Positions 1-12,915 are shown, counted from the stretch's first letter. The stretch is DNA of 64,000 bases from Candidatus Latescibacterota bacterium (GCA_963422735.1 OY730476.1:64001-128000); one strand, 5' to 3'. Notes: generated by a model from the sequence alone, not told the origin. Translations and numbers: made by a program.

Positions 1-1
1 C

Positions 2-775
2 GAGCAGGTGATCCGGCCCACGGGGTTGGTCGATCCCTCCATTGAGGTGCGGCCTCAAGAGGGGCATATCGACGACCTCGTCGAGGAGATAAGGCAGCGA
101 GCCGAAAGGCATGAGCGGGTCTTGGTCACCACCATGACCAAGCGCATGGCCGAAAACCTCGCCGACTACTTTGAACAGCTCGACATCCGGGTGCGCTACC
201 TGCATTCGGATATTGAGACGTTGGACCGCGTCGAAATCCTCCGCGACCTGCGCTTGGGGGAGTTTGACGTGTTGGTGGGGATCAACCTGCTGCGCGAAGG
301 CTTGGATTTGCCCGAGGTCTCGCTGGTGGCCGTGCTCGACGCCAGCAAGGAGGGCTTCCTCCGCTCGGGGATCGCGCTAATCCAAACCATTGGCCGCGCG
401 GCCCGCAACGCGGCCGGCAAGGTGATCTTCTACGCCGACCACGTAACCAACTCGATGCAGAAGGCCATAGACGAAACCTATCGCCGCCGCCGCAAGCAGG
501 AGGCGTACAACGCCGAGCACGCCATTGTGCCGAAGACGATATACCGCAGCCGGGAAGAGATTATCCAGGCGACCTCGGTGCTCGAAAGCGTGCGCGGCGT
601 TGCACCCGAATTGGCAGCCGAGCCGACCGTGAATTATCAAGAAATAGAGGACCAAGAGGAGCTGCTCTCCGACTTGGAGCAGCAGATGAAGGCCGCGGCG
701 GCCAATTTGGAGTTCGAGAAGGCCGCGCATCTGCGCGATGAAATCACGCGGATCAAGGAGCAGCAGGTGAGTTGA
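2..775 (+). CDS. uvrB: Excinuclease ABC subunit B, 3' part (runs off window start)
   Basis: [43 protein letters not shown] and a C-terminal UVR domain ([18 protein letters not shown]). Confidence 0.97.
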   Translation, partial: EQVIRPTGLVDPSIEVRPQEGHIDDLVEEIRQRAERHERVLVTTMTKRMAENLADYFEQLDIRVRYLHSDIETLDRVEILRDLRLGEFDVLVGINLLREGLDLPEVSLVAVLDASKEGFLRSGIALIQTIGRAARNAAGKVIFYADHVTNSMQKAIDETYRRRRKQEAYNAEHAIVPKTIYRSREEIIQATSVLESVRGVAPELAAEPTVNYQEIEDQEELLSDLEQQMKAAAANLEFEKAAHLRDEITRIKEQQVS

Positions 776-866
776 AGGGGGGCCGCCAAATTTGACCTGC
801 GGCGTTGTTCATTATTAAATTGGCCTGTTCTTGGAGGAGCGGAGCAACATCAAATAGGAGTACATT

Positions 867-1619
867 ATGCTGGGAAATGGCCGCGATGTGATTGTCGACG
901 TCCAAGACGTCAAGATGGTTTACAATGCCAAAAACCGCGACGAATCGACTCATGTTCACGCGCTGCGCGGTTTGAGCGTACAGGTGTACGAAAACGAGTT
1001 TTTTGCCATTATGGGGCCTTCTGGGTCGGGGAAGAGCACGCTTTTCAACATGATTGGTGCCCTGCAGACGCCCACCGGCGGTGAAGTGCTCATCGAGAGC
1101 GTCAATCTGGCCACGCTCAATGCGCAGCAGCTCGCGGCGGTGCGCTGTTTTGAGCTGGGTTACATTTTCCAGACCTACAATCTTTTGCCGGTGATGAGTG
1201 CGCTGATGAACGTGTCGCTGCCCACCGTGTTTGCCGGCATGACCACGGCCGAGGGCGAAAGGCGGGCCATGGAATGTTTGAAGATCGTCGGCCTAGACGA
1301 GAGGGCGCACCACATCCCCTCCGAGCTGTCGGGCGGTCAGCAGCAGCGCGTAGCCATTGCCCGCGCCTTTGTCAACAAGCCGCGCATCATCCTCGCCGAC
1401 GAGCCAACGGGGAACCTCGACAGCAACACCGGTCAGGAAATCATCAACTATATGAAAAGCCTGCAAGAGGAGATGGGGACGACGATTATTACCGTGACCC
1501 ACGACGATAAAATGCTCACTGCCGCCGACCGCATGGCTTGGATCCGCGATGGGCAGTTAGAGCGAGTGGCCAACCGCGAGGACATTGATATCCACATGGG
1601 CAGCATCAGAGAGCACTGA
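867..1619 (+). CDS. ABC transporter ATP-binding protein (LolD/MacB-like)
   Basis: Walker [10 protein letters not shown], signature [14 protein letters not shown], Walker [13 protein letters not shown]-loop VTHD; RBS aggag upstream. Confidence 0.93.
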   Translation: MLGNGRDVIVDVQDVKMVYNAKNRDESTHVHALRGLSVQVYENEFFAIMGPSGSGKSTLFNMIGALQTPTGGEVLIESVNLATLNAQQLAAVRCFELGYIFQTYNLLPVMSALMNVSLPTVFAGMTTAEGERRAMECLKIVGLDERAHHIPSELSGGQQQRVAIARAFVNKPRIILADEPTGNLDSNTGQEIINYMKSLQEEMGTTIITVTHDDKMLTAADRMAWIRDGQLERVANREDIDIHMGSIREH

Positions 1620-1869
1620 ATTCGGCTAGACTATAAGGCAATAATCGGCCTAATGGTCAAGGCTGAGAAAAGCGTGTCGTGCCCAATGGACCACCCGTCG
1701 CCTTAAAAGGCAAGTCCAAAGGCTATTACGACGTGTTGGAAGCGGTAGGAATACTGCGGGCTGTGCTTTCTATTGGGCTGGAAGGGTCGCTTTGAATCAG
1801 GCGTTGATGACCCCGTGCCGCTGTTGCCCCAAGCGGCGACAGCGAAATTCCTCGCACGCGTCGTGGTCA

Positions 1870-2175
1870 TGGGCTTCCGCTGTGTGGGGCCGGTGGTTGG
1901 ACGGGAAAAGTGGCACCTGTTTGAGACCAGTGATTTTTTGTGTTGCCGACGCATTATTTTACTGAGGCCCTGCCCATTTCGATCATCGAGGCCATGGCGA
2001 ATGGCCTACCGGGCGATTCCGGACTTGGTCGAAGATGGCGTAAGCGGCGTGTTGGTCGAATACAATCAGCCCGAGTAGATCGCCGATGCCATTCGCCGGA
2101 TTGCGGCCGACCGTGCTCGTTAGGCGGCGATGAGCAATACTTTGCGATTCAGCGGCGCCCATTCCGCTTTTAGAG
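1870..2175 (+). pseudogene. GT4 glycosyltransferase C-terminal remnant
   Basis: Motif pieces in different frames: LPTHYFTEALPISIIEAMANGLP, AIPDLVEDGVSGVLVEYNQPE*IADAIRRIAAD; frameshifts and stops. Confidence 0.75.
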
Positions 2176-2227
2176 TGTGCCAAACGCAGACAACTCGTGC
2201 GACTCGCAGAAGGATCAACGCAACTCC

Positions 2228-3259
2228 ATGAACATTCTCGTAACCGGTGGGGCCGGCTATATTGGTAGTCATACCTGCTTGGAACTGCTCGACGCGGGAC
2301 ACCGGGTCGTCGTTGTGGACAATCTGGTCAACAGCCGGCAAGAAGCCCTGAAGAGGGTACAGGAGATCGCGGGTAAGAAGCTGGAATTCCACCCGGTTGA
2401 CTTGCTCGACAAGCCGGCCTTAGACGCGGTCTTTGCTGGTTGCAAGATAGACGCCGTGATTCATTTTGCCGGCCTCAAGGCCGTGGGAGAATCCGTGGAA
2501 GTCCCCCTGCGCTATTACCACAACAACCTCACCAGCACCCTGATCCTGTGCGAGGTAATGAATCGGCACGAAGTGAAAAACTTGGTCTTCAGCTCCTCTG
2601 CCGTGGTGTACGGGGATCCTCGCACGGTGCCGATTAAAGAGGATTTCCCCCTGTCGGCAACCAACCCCTACGGCCGCACCAAATTGATGATCGAAGAGCT
2701 CCTGCGCGATGTGCATGCGGCCTCCCCAACTTGGAATATCGCCCTGCTGCGCTACTTCAACCCGGTAGGGGCGCATGCCAGTGGCCGCATCGGGGAAGAT
2801 CCCCGAGGTACGCCCAACAATCTACTGCCCTACATCGCTCAGGTTGCGGTGGGCCGACGCCCCGAAGTGCTGGTGTTCGGCGACGATTACCCCACCTCGG
2901 ACGGCACGGGTGTGCGCGACTACATTCACGTGGTTGACCTAGCCTTGGGTCATCTCAAAGCACTGGAAAAACTCTCTGCACGACCCGGTATCGTCGCCTA
3001 CAACCTCGGCACCGGACGCGGATTTAGCGTCTTGGAAATGATCGAGGCGTTTGCCCGGGCCTCGGGCCGGAAGGTGCCTTATATAGTGGTCGGTCGGCGC
3101 TCCGGAGACATCGCCGAGTGTTACGCGGACCCGTCTCTTGCCCGCGAGGAGTTGGGCTGGTCCGCCGAGCGCGGTCCCGACGAGATGTGCGTGGATGCTT
3201 GGCACTGGCAGGCCAATAATCCGAATGGGTATTCCCGAAGCGCAAGAACCGGTTTTTGA
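2228..3259 (+). CDS. galE: UDP-glucose 4-epimerase
   Basis: [32 protein letters not shown] (YxxxK), [25 protein letters not shown]; start placed at ATG 2228. Confidence 0.96.
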   Translation: MNILVTGGAGYIGSHTCLELLDAGHRVVVVDNLVNSRQEALKRVQEIAGKKLEFHPVDLLDKPALDAVFAGCKIDAVIHFAGLKAVGESVEVPLRYYHNNLTSTLILCEVMNRHEVKNLVFSSSAVVYGDPRTVPIKEDFPLSATNPYGRTKLMIEELLRDVHAASPTWNIALLRYFNPVGAHASGRIGEDPRGTPNNLLPYIAQVAVGRRPEVLVFGDDYPTSDGTGVRDYIHVVDLALGHLKALEKLSARPGIVAYNLGTGRGFSVLEMIEAFARASGRKVPYIVVGRRSGDIAECYADPSLAREELGWSAERGPDEMCVDAWHWQANNPNGYSRSARTGF

Positions 3260-3600
3260 TACCACTCGCTCAGGACCTGCTCGCCCGGTTCGCCAGCGGT
3301 CTGGCCCAGACCGAGATAACGCGGTACTGTCAGTGGCCCGGAGCTACAGCCGACGTTGGTCAACGTTGCATTCCGGCGGCTATCCCGGCGATTCACCATG
3401 CTGGCCATCGCGCTGGCGGTAGTAACCTACGGGCTGCTGCTCATACTGCACCGGCCGATCATCCGCATTGCGTTAGGGTCGGAATTCGAGGATGCCGCCG
3501 GCCCCTTGTTGATTCTGATTATAGGCGGCTTCATCTGGATGAGCACAGCCGTGCTGTTGACCCTGCCGGCTAGCGACGGCGCGTGCGCTACCCCGTGGCC
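3256..3600 (+). pseudogene. Polysaccharide flippase (Wzx-like) fragment
   Basis: Two hydrophobic helices with a Wzx-like pattern (PIIRIALGSEFEDAAGPLLILIIG); no N-terminal part. Confidence 0.45.
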
Positions 3601-3665
3601 TTTGCAGGACTTGGCGCACCAGTGGGGCGATGCGCCAAGTCTATCTGCACATTTCTTAATTCGAT

Positions 3666-4742
3666 TTAGAAGAGCAACAACTGGTTCAGAGGCAGGGCAA
3701 TAGCGCGGGAAGACAAAACCTTGGGGGCCGGACACGGACAGGCGACCACCCCGAAGGGTGCGGCCTCATAGGTATCGAGAAAAGCGTTCAATCCGGCCAA
3801 ATCCCTGCTCGACGACCTTGGCGTGGCCTTCACTTCCACGGGTATGAGCCGGCGGCCGGTTTCGATGACAAAATCCACTTCGCGGCCGTTGGCAGAGTGC
3901 GTTATATTGAGCCTCGGTACGTGCAGACCCGCCCAGGCCAGCAGGTGGTTTCCCACCCAACTCTCTAGCCAAAAGCCCCATTCCCGCCCTCTCACCAAGC
4001 GGTCCGAGTCGACTAGGCCGGCCAAATGAGCCGCCAGTCCGGTATCGGTCCACAGCAGTTTAGGTGCTTTAACCAAGCGTTTGCCGCGATTGACGGTATA
4101 GGCGGGCACCCGGGGCACTTGAAAAGAAATCTCCAATAGATTGATATAGCCGCGGTGGCCGCTGCGAGGCCAGCATCTCCAGCGAGGGACGCTGTGTTGA
4201 GCAAACGGCCGTTCTGGACCGCGCACAACTGCATGAGCCGAGTTGGTCAATGGCCGACAATTGGCGTAGATCGCGCTCCAGATACGTCTGCACGTATCCG
4301 TCGAACCAGCGCGCCCGAAACCCTGCATCCGCGGCTAAGGCCGGGCCAGCTCACACCGCCTCTTGCAAGGACCTGTCGTCCGCTGGAACGCTAGACGGCA
4401 AGGTGCGCACGACTTGGTCAATGGTCTCTTTCTCGATGAGAAGGTCCAGAGTTCGGCCGTACCCACACTCCTCAACCTCGGCCCAAGTCAGCGGCGGCAA
4501 AGAAAAATAGACCGCCCGCTCAGCCGTTAAGGTGAGGCGGTCCCAGCCTATGAACAGGGCCGCCGGATCGCTCTGGGCCATATCGCGTACATCAAAGTCG
4601 TCGAGGGAAAGGAAGGTGCGCCCTTGAACCAAGGTGGTTTTGCCGGTCTGACGGCCCCATGCACGACGACGGGATATTGAGTCAGGACTTGGGCCAGTAA
4701 AGGGCTTTGTAGGCGGGGTTCTATTTTATGCAAATTGACCAT
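3666..4742 (-). pseudogene. AAA_14 ATPase + DUF4143 (PD-(D/E)XK-like) protein, multiply frameshifted
   Basis: Segments in three frames: YPVVV..GAVRPAK, FLSLDD, QTYLERDLRQLS, KRLVKAPKLLWTDTGLAAHL, GREVDFVIETGRRLIPVEVKA. Confidence 0.85.
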
Positions 4743-4994
4743 GCCTGAACGATAATCAATCAAGGATCAGATCGTCAATAACGAGAAACGGGCCGGGAGG
4801 GGGATAGTAGGGCGAGGACAAAAAGGACGCGACGAATCATGGCGATTCTCCTTTGGATGGGGAACGAGGGCTTAAAACAATGCCTCGACTTTTAACATGG
4901 AAACGCGCCCCAATGCTTTGTTGCCACCTCCATCTATTATAAAGCTATCCGAGCGCTGCTGAACATAGCCGTTGGGGCACCAAAATCAAATCGG

Positions 4995-5519
4995 CTAGGG
5001 CCGAGGCGCGGCGTTGCGCATGCGGATGAAGGAAAATCGCATAGTGGATTGCAACACTGCGTCGCGCAGGGGCCACAGGGAAGGGGTGATGCGGAGCTCT
5101 ATGTCGCGGGCGGACAAGCTGGCGAGAATGTCGTCGATGGTTTCCACCGCACGGGGCGTCACCCCTTGGCGGGAGATATAGTATCCAGCGCCTTTGTCCA
5201 CCGGTTGGAAGGTTTCATTGGGCAGGGCATAGATGTAGAGGCACCCGGTGCGTAAAGCCTGCAGCCAGGCTGTCTCAATGGCCACCACGTGGCGGGCGGT
5301 TGCAATGCCTAAAAAGCGCTCGGCGTCCTCGGCACTAGTCTGGAGGCCGGCGTAGAAGGTGACCCGGGGACAGTCGCGCGGCACCAAGTAGTTGTGCAGC
5401 AGGCGCTGGCCCACGGCCCAGACCATACGGCCGGTACAGGTGGTATTGCCTGGGGGCGGGGTTCGCGGCTCAAAGCGGGTGATGCCGGGCCGGTCGCTGA
5501 CGTGAAACAGCTCTTCCAT
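4995..5519 (-). CDS. Conserved hypothetical protein (DUF6886-like)
   Basis: LFHVSDRPGITRFEPR...VWAV...NYLVPRDCPRVTF...FSFIRMRNA pattern, recalled as DUF6886. Confidence 0.65.
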   Translation of the reverse strand: MEELFHVSDRPGITRFEPRTPPPGNTTCTGRMVWAVGQRLLHNYLVPRDCPRVTFYAGLQTSAEDAERFLGIATARHVVAIETAWLQALRTGCLYIYALPNETFQPVDKGAGYYISRQGVTPRAVETIDDILASLSARDIELRITPSLWPLRDAVLQSTMRFSFIRMRNAAPRP

Positions 5520-5576
5520 GGGACTTAAGACCTAAGAGGATTCTTGCCGCAAGACGGCGAAGGCAGACCCCTGTGG

Positions 5577-6485
5577 TCAAGAACTGGATTGCCGCTTCCG
5601 CAAGCCCTCTTGGAGAAAGACCTCGCGGTTGGGAAAGTTGCCGGGCAGGGTAAAGCCGCCGTCAACGGCGATGAGCTGGCCGGTCATGTAGGGAATCTGG
5701 GTGAAGGCGTAGGCGGCGAAGGCGATGTCCTCAGGGCGTCCGATGCGGCGAATGGGTTGGGAACCCCCTGCGGCCATCAGACCGTAGATCTCGGCCACGG
5801 TGAATTCGCGGCCCGATTGTGGATCTTCCACGCCCGAGGGACGGCTCGTCAGCGGCGTATCGACAACCCCAGGGCGCAGGGCGTTGACCGTGATGTTGTA
5901 CGGCCCGCCGTCGAAGGCCGCCCCCGCGACCACGTGATTGAGGCCGGCCTTGCTGACGCCGTAGGGAATGCGGGTGCTCTCGGGGGCGATATCCGAGATG
6001 GAGGTAATCAAGAGGATGCTGCGGTGGAGGAAATCCGCTTCTTGCGCGGCCTGTTCCACCATGTGTTTGAGGGCGCGTTGGGCCAGCCGGTAGGCCCCCA
6101 TGAGGTTGAGGCTGAGGACGCGGTCCATCTCCTTGTCGAGGTGATCGACCGGGGTTTCGCTGAAGCGATAGCGTACGAGCTGGCCCTGTTCGTCGGCGAC
6201 GTAGTTGGCCACGCCGCTGTTGCTGACCGCCACGTCGAGGCGACCGAAATGCGCGAAGGTGCGGTCAACTAGGTCGAAAGGGGCCTCTGGCTGCGAGAGA
6301 TCGGCCCCGAGGACTAGGGCTTCGACTGAGTACTCGGCGCGAATGGCCGCGGCGATCTGGGCGGCGCGCTCCTCGCCGGCGTTGTAGTGGACCACCACAT
6401 CGTAGCCTTGGGCGGCGAATTGACGGACGATGGCCGCGCCAATCCCGCTCGAGGATCCCGTGACCAAGCAAGCCGGACGCGACAA
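5577..6485 (-). CDS. SDR family oxidoreductase
   Basis: VTGSSSGIG, RLDVAVSNSG, YGVSK, VNALRPG, GQLIAVDGG; TTG start at 6485 just after the E1-beta stop with GAGGT RBS. Confidence 0.9.
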   Translation of the reverse strand: MSRPACLVTGSSSGIGAAIVRQFAAQGYDVVVHYNAGEERAAQIAAAIRAEYSVEALVLGADLSQPEAPFDLVDRTFAHFGRLDVAVSNSGVANYVADEQGQLVRYRFSETPVDHLDKEMDRVLSLNLMGAYRLAQRALKHMVEQAAQEADFLHRSILLITSISDIAPESTRIPYGVSKAGLNHVVAGAAFDGGPYNITVNALRPGVVDTPLTSRPSGVEDPQSGREFTVAEIYGLMAAGGSQPIRRIGRPEDIAFAAYAFTQIPYMTGQLIAVDGGFTLPGNFPNREVFLQEGLRKRQSSS

Positions 6486-6489
6486 AAGC

Positions 6490-7473
6490 CTAACCTCGCT
6501 GTGAGAGAACGGTCTCGACGATGCGCTCTTGGCTGGGGATGGTCGGCATCTCGAGGGCTGGGCTGAAGGGGATGGGCACGTCGGCCGCGCCGAGGCGCAA
6601 GACGGGTGCGTCGAGCCAATCGAATGCCTCGGCGTTGAGGATGGAAGCGATCTCGGCCGTGATGCCGTAGCGCTCGACGCCCTCATCAATCACCACAGCA
6701 TAGCCAGTTTTGCGCACCGAGGCGAGCAGGGCTTCTCTGTCTAAAGGCACTAGGGTGCGCGGATCGACGACCTCGGCTTCTAGGCCTTGGGCGGCAAGGT
6801 CTTCCGCGGCAGCCAAGGCGACGCCGACCATGCTAGAGGTGGCGACGAGGGTCAGGTCAGTGCCGGCGCGTTTGATCTCGGCTGCGCCAAAGGGAATGAG
6901 GAAGTCTTCTTCTTCGGGAACGGGACCGGAGTCGTTGTACATCATCTTGTCTTCAAAGAAAAGCACGGGATTGTCATCGCGGATCGCGGTCTTGAGCAGG
7001 CCCTTGGCGTCGCGCGGAGTAGCAGGGATGGCGACTTTGAGGCCGGGAATATGGGCGAAAAGCGCGTGCAAGCTCTGCGAGTGTTGCGCGGCTGACGACC
7101 GCCCGGCTCCCATCGACAGCCGGATCGTCAGCGGCACCTTGCACTGACCGCCCGACATGTAGCGGATTTTAGCAGCCTGATTGACGATCTGATCCATGGT
7201 CAACAGCGAAAAGTCGCCGAACATAAGTTCGCACAGCGGGCGCATGCCGGTCATGGCGGCACCGACGCCGAGACCGATGTAGCCCGCCTCGGCAATGGGG
7301 GTGTCGATGACGCGCTCAGTGCCGAACTCCTCAAAGAGGCCTTCGCAGCATTTGAAGATGCCGCCAGAGGCCCCCACATCCTCGCCCATGACAAAGACGG
7401 TTTCGTCGCGGCGCATTTCCTCGGCCGTGGCCAAGCCGATCGCCTCTCTAAACAGCATGTCCCGATCAGGCAT
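6490..7473 (-). CDS. 2-oxoacid/acetoin dehydrogenase E1 beta subunit (PdhB/AcoB-like)
   Basis: VFVMGEDVG..GG, RVIDTPIAEAG, AQHSQSL, DDNPVLFFE, DPRTLVPLD; ATG at 7473 overlaps the E1-alpha 3' end. Confidence 0.94.
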   Translation of the reverse strand: MPDRDMLFREAIGLATAEEMRRDETVFVMGEDVGASGGIFKCCEGLFEEFGTERVIDTPIAEAGYIGLGVGAAMTGMRPLCELMFGDFSLLTMDQIVNQAAKIRYMSGGQCKVPLTIRLSMGAGRSSAAQHSQSLHALFAHIPGLKVAIPATPRDAKGLLKTAIRDDNPVLFFEDKMMYNDSGPVPEEEDFLIPFGAAEIKRAGTDLTLVATSSMVGVALAAAEDLAAQGLEAEVVDPRTLVPLDREALLASVRKTGYAVVIDEGVERYGITAEIASILNAEAFDWLDAPVLRLGAADVPIPFSPALEMPTIPSQERIVETVLSQRG

Positions 7474-8476
7474 ATATATCCTCAAAAGCTTGTTCTGGCG
7501 GGGGAAAGGCGGCTTCTTTGCCGAATTCGATGGCGTCGAGGACCTCGCGCTCTGCTTGCTCGTACAGGGCGTCGAGTTCGGCTTGTTTGGCGACCCTGTT
7601 GGCGACCATGTATTGGCCCAACAGGCGAATGGGATCCTTGTTCTCTGACCACCAGCCGACCTCATCGCGGGTGCGGTAGGTCTGGGCGTCGCCGACGTGG
7701 TGCCCGTGGTAGCGGTAGGTTTTAGCTTCGATTAGGCTCGGGCCGTCGCCCTTGCGCGCCTTGACCACTGCTGAGGTTACTTTTTCGTACATCTCTAGCA
7801 CATCAGCACCGTCGGCGATAACCCCTTCGAGGCCAAGACCCTTGGCGCGGTCGGCGATGTCGGTGACACCAGTGACGCTCTCGTAGGGGGTGTGCTCGCC
7901 GTACTGGTTGTTTTCGCAGATGTAGATGACCGGCAGGTTCCAGATCACGGCCATGTTAATTGTTTCGAGCATGATGCCTTGGTTGGCCGCGCCGTCGCCG
8001 AAGAAGCAGACGCCCGCTTGATCGGTGCCGCGCAGCTTGGCCGAGAGGCCGGCACCAGTGCAGATGCCGAAGCCGCCACCGACAATGCCGTTGGCACCGA
8101 GGATACCCACCGACATATCGGCGATGTGCATGGACCCGCCCTTGCCGCGGCAATAGCCGGCCTCCTTGCCCATGATTTCGGCCATCATGCGGTCGAGTTG
8201 ACCTCCTTTGGCTAGACAATGTCCGTGGCCGCGGTGCGTGCTGGTAATGTAGTCGTCGTCGCGGAGGGCCGCGCAAGTTCCTACTGCCACGCCTTCCTCG
8301 CCGATGTAGAGATGGGCTAGGCCGGGCATTAGCCCTCGGGTATAGACGTCCCAGACGTGCTCTTCAAAGAGGCGTATCTCCGACATTTTGCGGTACATAA
8401 ACCACAGTTTGTCGGGCGTGGCGCGGAGCTTGGCTTTCTTTGCTTTAGATTTTTTTCGGGCAGTTATCTTTGCCAT
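7466..8476 (-). CDS. TPP-dependent dehydrogenase E1 alpha subunit (PdhA/AcoA-like)
   Basis: HLYIGEEGVAVG, STHRGHGH, GKGGSMH, FFGDGAANQG...ENNQY TPP motif, TYRYHGH. Confidence 0.94.
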   Translation of the reverse strand: MAKITARKKSKAKKAKLRATPDKLWFMYRKMSEIRLFEEHVWDVYTRGLMPGLAHLYIGEEGVAVGTCAALRDDDYITSTHRGHGHCLAKGGQLDRMMAEIMGKEAGYCRGKGGSMHIADMSVGILGANGIVGGGFGICTGAGLSAKLRGTDQAGVCFFGDGAANQGIMLETINMAVIWNLPVIYICENNQYGEHTPYESVTGVTDIADRAKGLGLEGVIADGADVLEMYEKVTSAVVKARKGDGPSLIEAKTYRYHGHHVGDAQTYRTRDEVGWWSENKDPIRLLGQYMVANRVAKQAELDALYEQAEREVLDAIEFGKEAAFPPPEQAFEDIYA

Positions 8477-8541
8477 ATACTCGATCTCCGGCAATGTTCG
8501 TGAAAAAAAATAAGCGGGGTGGGTCCGATATCGTCAAGCGC

Positions 8542-8580
8542 GAAAAAGCCGGGAAACCCGTGGGGCGTCCCGGCTTTTTC
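8542..8580. terminator. Intrinsic terminator (bidirectional type) after the ferredoxin gene
   Basis: Perfect 13-bp inverted repeat gaaaaagccggga / tcccggctttttc with A/T tails. Confidence 0.8.
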
Positions 8581-8598
8581 GCACAAAGGGCGGGCGTC

Positions 8599-8913
8599 CT
8601 AGCTGGTTTTTCCAAATTCGGCCGCGTGTTCCTGCTTCCACTGGTCCCATTCTTCGGTGTCGTCGCGAAGCTCAAAGTACTTGGTGTTGATCTCGACGAA
8701 GCGGCTTTGGTCCTCGGGCATGTCTTCTTCGGCGAAGATCGCCTCGACCGGGCACTCCGGCTCGCAGGCACCGCAATCGATGCACTCGTCCGGGTCGATG
8801 TAGAGCATGGGTTCGCCTTCGCCGTCAATTGGATGGATGCAGTCCACGGGGCAAACCTCAACGCAGGCTTTGTCTTTGACGTCGATGCAGGTTTCGGTGA
8901 TGTAGTAAGCCAT
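8599..8913 (-). CDS. 7Fe (3Fe-4S + 4Fe-4S) ferredoxin, FdxA-like
   Basis: MAYYITETCIDVKDKACVEVCPVDCI...LYIDPDECIDCGACEPECPVEAI; aggagg RBS. Confidence 0.95.
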   Translation of the reverse strand: MAYYITETCIDVKDKACVEVCPVDCIHPIDGEGEPMLYIDPDECIDCGACEPECPVEAIFAEEDMPEDQSRFVEINTKYFELRDDTEEWDQWKQEHAAEFGKTS

Positions 8914-8996
8914 GGGTTCCTCCTAATAAGGTGCTACTGCTTCATTGCTTCTTTGCGTTGGGAACTATCGCAAAAATACGGGCCTCTTTGCCTCTG

Positions 8997-9575
8997 TCAA
9001 GCGGCGAGATTGTCTAGCCGGGTCGCCGTGTCGGCGTCGGTTTGGCAGCGTATTCTCAGGTTGAGACGCAACTGAGGGGATGGGTCGCGCTCCACTGCGT
9101 ACTCGGTGCCGGCGAAGAGTTGGGCGAGTACCGGGCCGAGGGCGGCCCGCAGGGCGTTTTCGCCTGCTTCGTCGTTGGTTGCGTTGAGACGGTCGTTGGC
9201 TACTAGAAGTACATCGCCGCTGCGAAATTTAACTTTGCCCGCTAGGCTGGGCTCTTCTTCGAGGCGTCGACAGGCTGTGAGCGCCGCTTTGAAGGCACTA
9301 GCAAGCCGCTTAGTCAAGTCGCCGTCTGCGGGTTGTTTGCGCGAGTAGAGCAAACCCAACTCGGCGCTGTGGTTATCGAGGCTGTAGTTGGCTTCGTGGC
9401 CGACGAGCAGGGTCAGCGGTCCCTCGGCCACGTGGCTGTAGTCGGCCACGTCGATGAGGACTTCGTCTGGAGTCGTGGGGATCCAGCTATTGAAGATGCG
9501 AAAAGCCTCTTGGGCCGATAGGGACTCGGGTGCTTCGAGATAGAATTTGACGTTGATGCGCTGTAGGGCTTCCAT
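8997..9575 (-). CDS. Conserved hypothetical protein co-oriented with the nitrite/sulfite reductase
   Basis: 192-aa ORF 6 nt downstream of the reductase stop; motif LIDVADYSHVAEGP..LVGHEANYSLD. Confidence 0.75.
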   Translation of the reverse strand: MEALQRINVKFYLEAPESLSAQEAFRIFNSWIPTTPDEVLIDVADYSHVAEGPLTLLVGHEANYSLDNHSAELGLLYSRKQPADGDLTKRLASAFKAALTACRRLEEEPSLAGKVKFRSGDVLLVANDRLNATNDEAGENALRAALGPVLAQLFAGTEYAVERDPSPQLRLNLRIRCQTDADTATRLDNLAA

Positions 9576-9581
9576 GGGGAC

Positions 9582-11825
<2,244 letters not shown>

Positions 11826-11969
11826 GCCTAAAACCGCCTCTATGTGGTTGGCGTCCAATTGACCTTACTAACTGAATGTTACGCAGTTTGCCGCAAAACG
11901 TGCGGTTGCGCCTCGCCTCCTCCCAATGCGTAACGTCAGTTACTAACATTAGGGATTTGCAAGAGACTG

Positions 11970-12812
11970 TCAAGATGAGTCGTCCGCTAGTTTTTCTCGC
12001 ATATAAGCACGGATTTGCGCCCCCCATTCTGGGTCGTCGAGCGCGTAGGCGATAAAGCTCAAAAAATAAGATAGGTGGTTGCCAATGTCCCAGCGCTGCT
12101 CGCCCGTGCCCAAGCGCACGGCGCGCACCGGAGCACTGGCCGCGATTAGGGCGGCAATCGCGTCGGTGAGATATATCTCACCGCTCGGAGAGGGCACAGT
12201 GGCGCGGATGTGGAAAAAAATGGCCGGAGAAAACACGTAGCGCGCACTAACGGCCAAGCGGCTAGAGGTTTGCTCGGGCGTTGGTTTTTCGAGGATGGCA
12301 GTCAGCTTGGAATCTGCGGCCGTCGCCGCTTTGGGTACCAAGATGCCGTAGTGGTGCATCTGCTCTTCGGGCACCTCGTACGCACCGATGGTGCAGGCGG
12401 CGCGATGGCGCAGGTGCGAGTCGATCATCCGCTGCAACAGGGGGCGGCCGCTGCTCGTGTTCACGATGCTGTCGCCAAAGGCCACGACAAATGGCTCGCC
12501 CGCAGCAAAAGCCTCCCCAGCGGCGACCGCAGTACCGGTGCCAGGGGGCTGGGATTGGCGCACGGAGAAAAACTCGATGCCGCGCTCGCGGTAGCCCATC
12601 GCGCTGTCGTCGAAGTAGTCCTCAATCGCGCTCTTGGTGCGCCCGGTGACGAAGAGAATTTGGCGGATGCCGGCGGCGACTAGCTCTTCGACGACGTGGT
12701 GGACGACCGGTAGGCGGCCCACCGGCAGCATTTCCTTGGGCAAGGATTTGGTCGTGGGCAGGAGTCGGGTGCCTAGGCCGGCTACCGGCACGATGGCTTT
12801 GGCGATGTTCAT
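11970..12812 (-). CDS. galU: UTP-glucose-1-phosphate uridylyltransferase / sugar-phosphate nucleotidyltransferase
   Basis: KAIVPVAGLGTRLLPTTKSLPKEMLPV, ILEKP, GEIYLTDAI, DIGN. Confidence 0.85.
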   Translation of the reverse strand: MNIAKAIVPVAGLGTRLLPTTKSLPKEMLPVGRLPVVHHVVEELVAAGIRQILFVTGRTKSAIEDYFDDSAMGYRERGIEFFSVRQSQPPGTGTAVAAGEAFAAGEPFVVAFGDSIVNTSSGRPLLQRMIDSHLRHRAACTIGAYEVPEEQMHHYGILVPKAATAADSKLTAILEKPTPEQTSSRLAVSARYVFSPAIFFHIRATVPSPSGEIYLTDAIAALIAASAPVRAVRLGTGEQRWDIGNHLSYFLSFIAYALDDPEWGAQIRAYMREKLADDSS

Positions 12813-12853
12813 TGAATAGGCTCTCGCAAAAAATATGGTTGTGCTGCGGGTGT

Positions 12854-12882
12854 TTGACAAGCAGTAGTCGGCGCGATATTAT
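12854..12882 (+). promoter_or_regulatory. sigma70-type promoter of the Nramp-family gene
   Basis: TTGACA (12854-12859), 17 nt, TATTAT (12877-12882). Confidence 0.75.
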
Positions 12883-12915
12883 GGGCGATCTACCAGCAAA
12901 ATAGGAGTTGTTTCC

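Noticed and set aside
867-1619. Orphan ABC ATPase without a permease as a novel system
   Set aside because: It is an ordinary LolD/MacB-type ATPase; partners are often encoded elsewhere or were lost in the adjacent decayed region.
11970-12812. GalU appears to lack about 20 residues after IEDYFD
   Set aside because: The frame and catalytic motifs are intact and this loop varies in length, so there is not enough evidence to call it a pseudogene.
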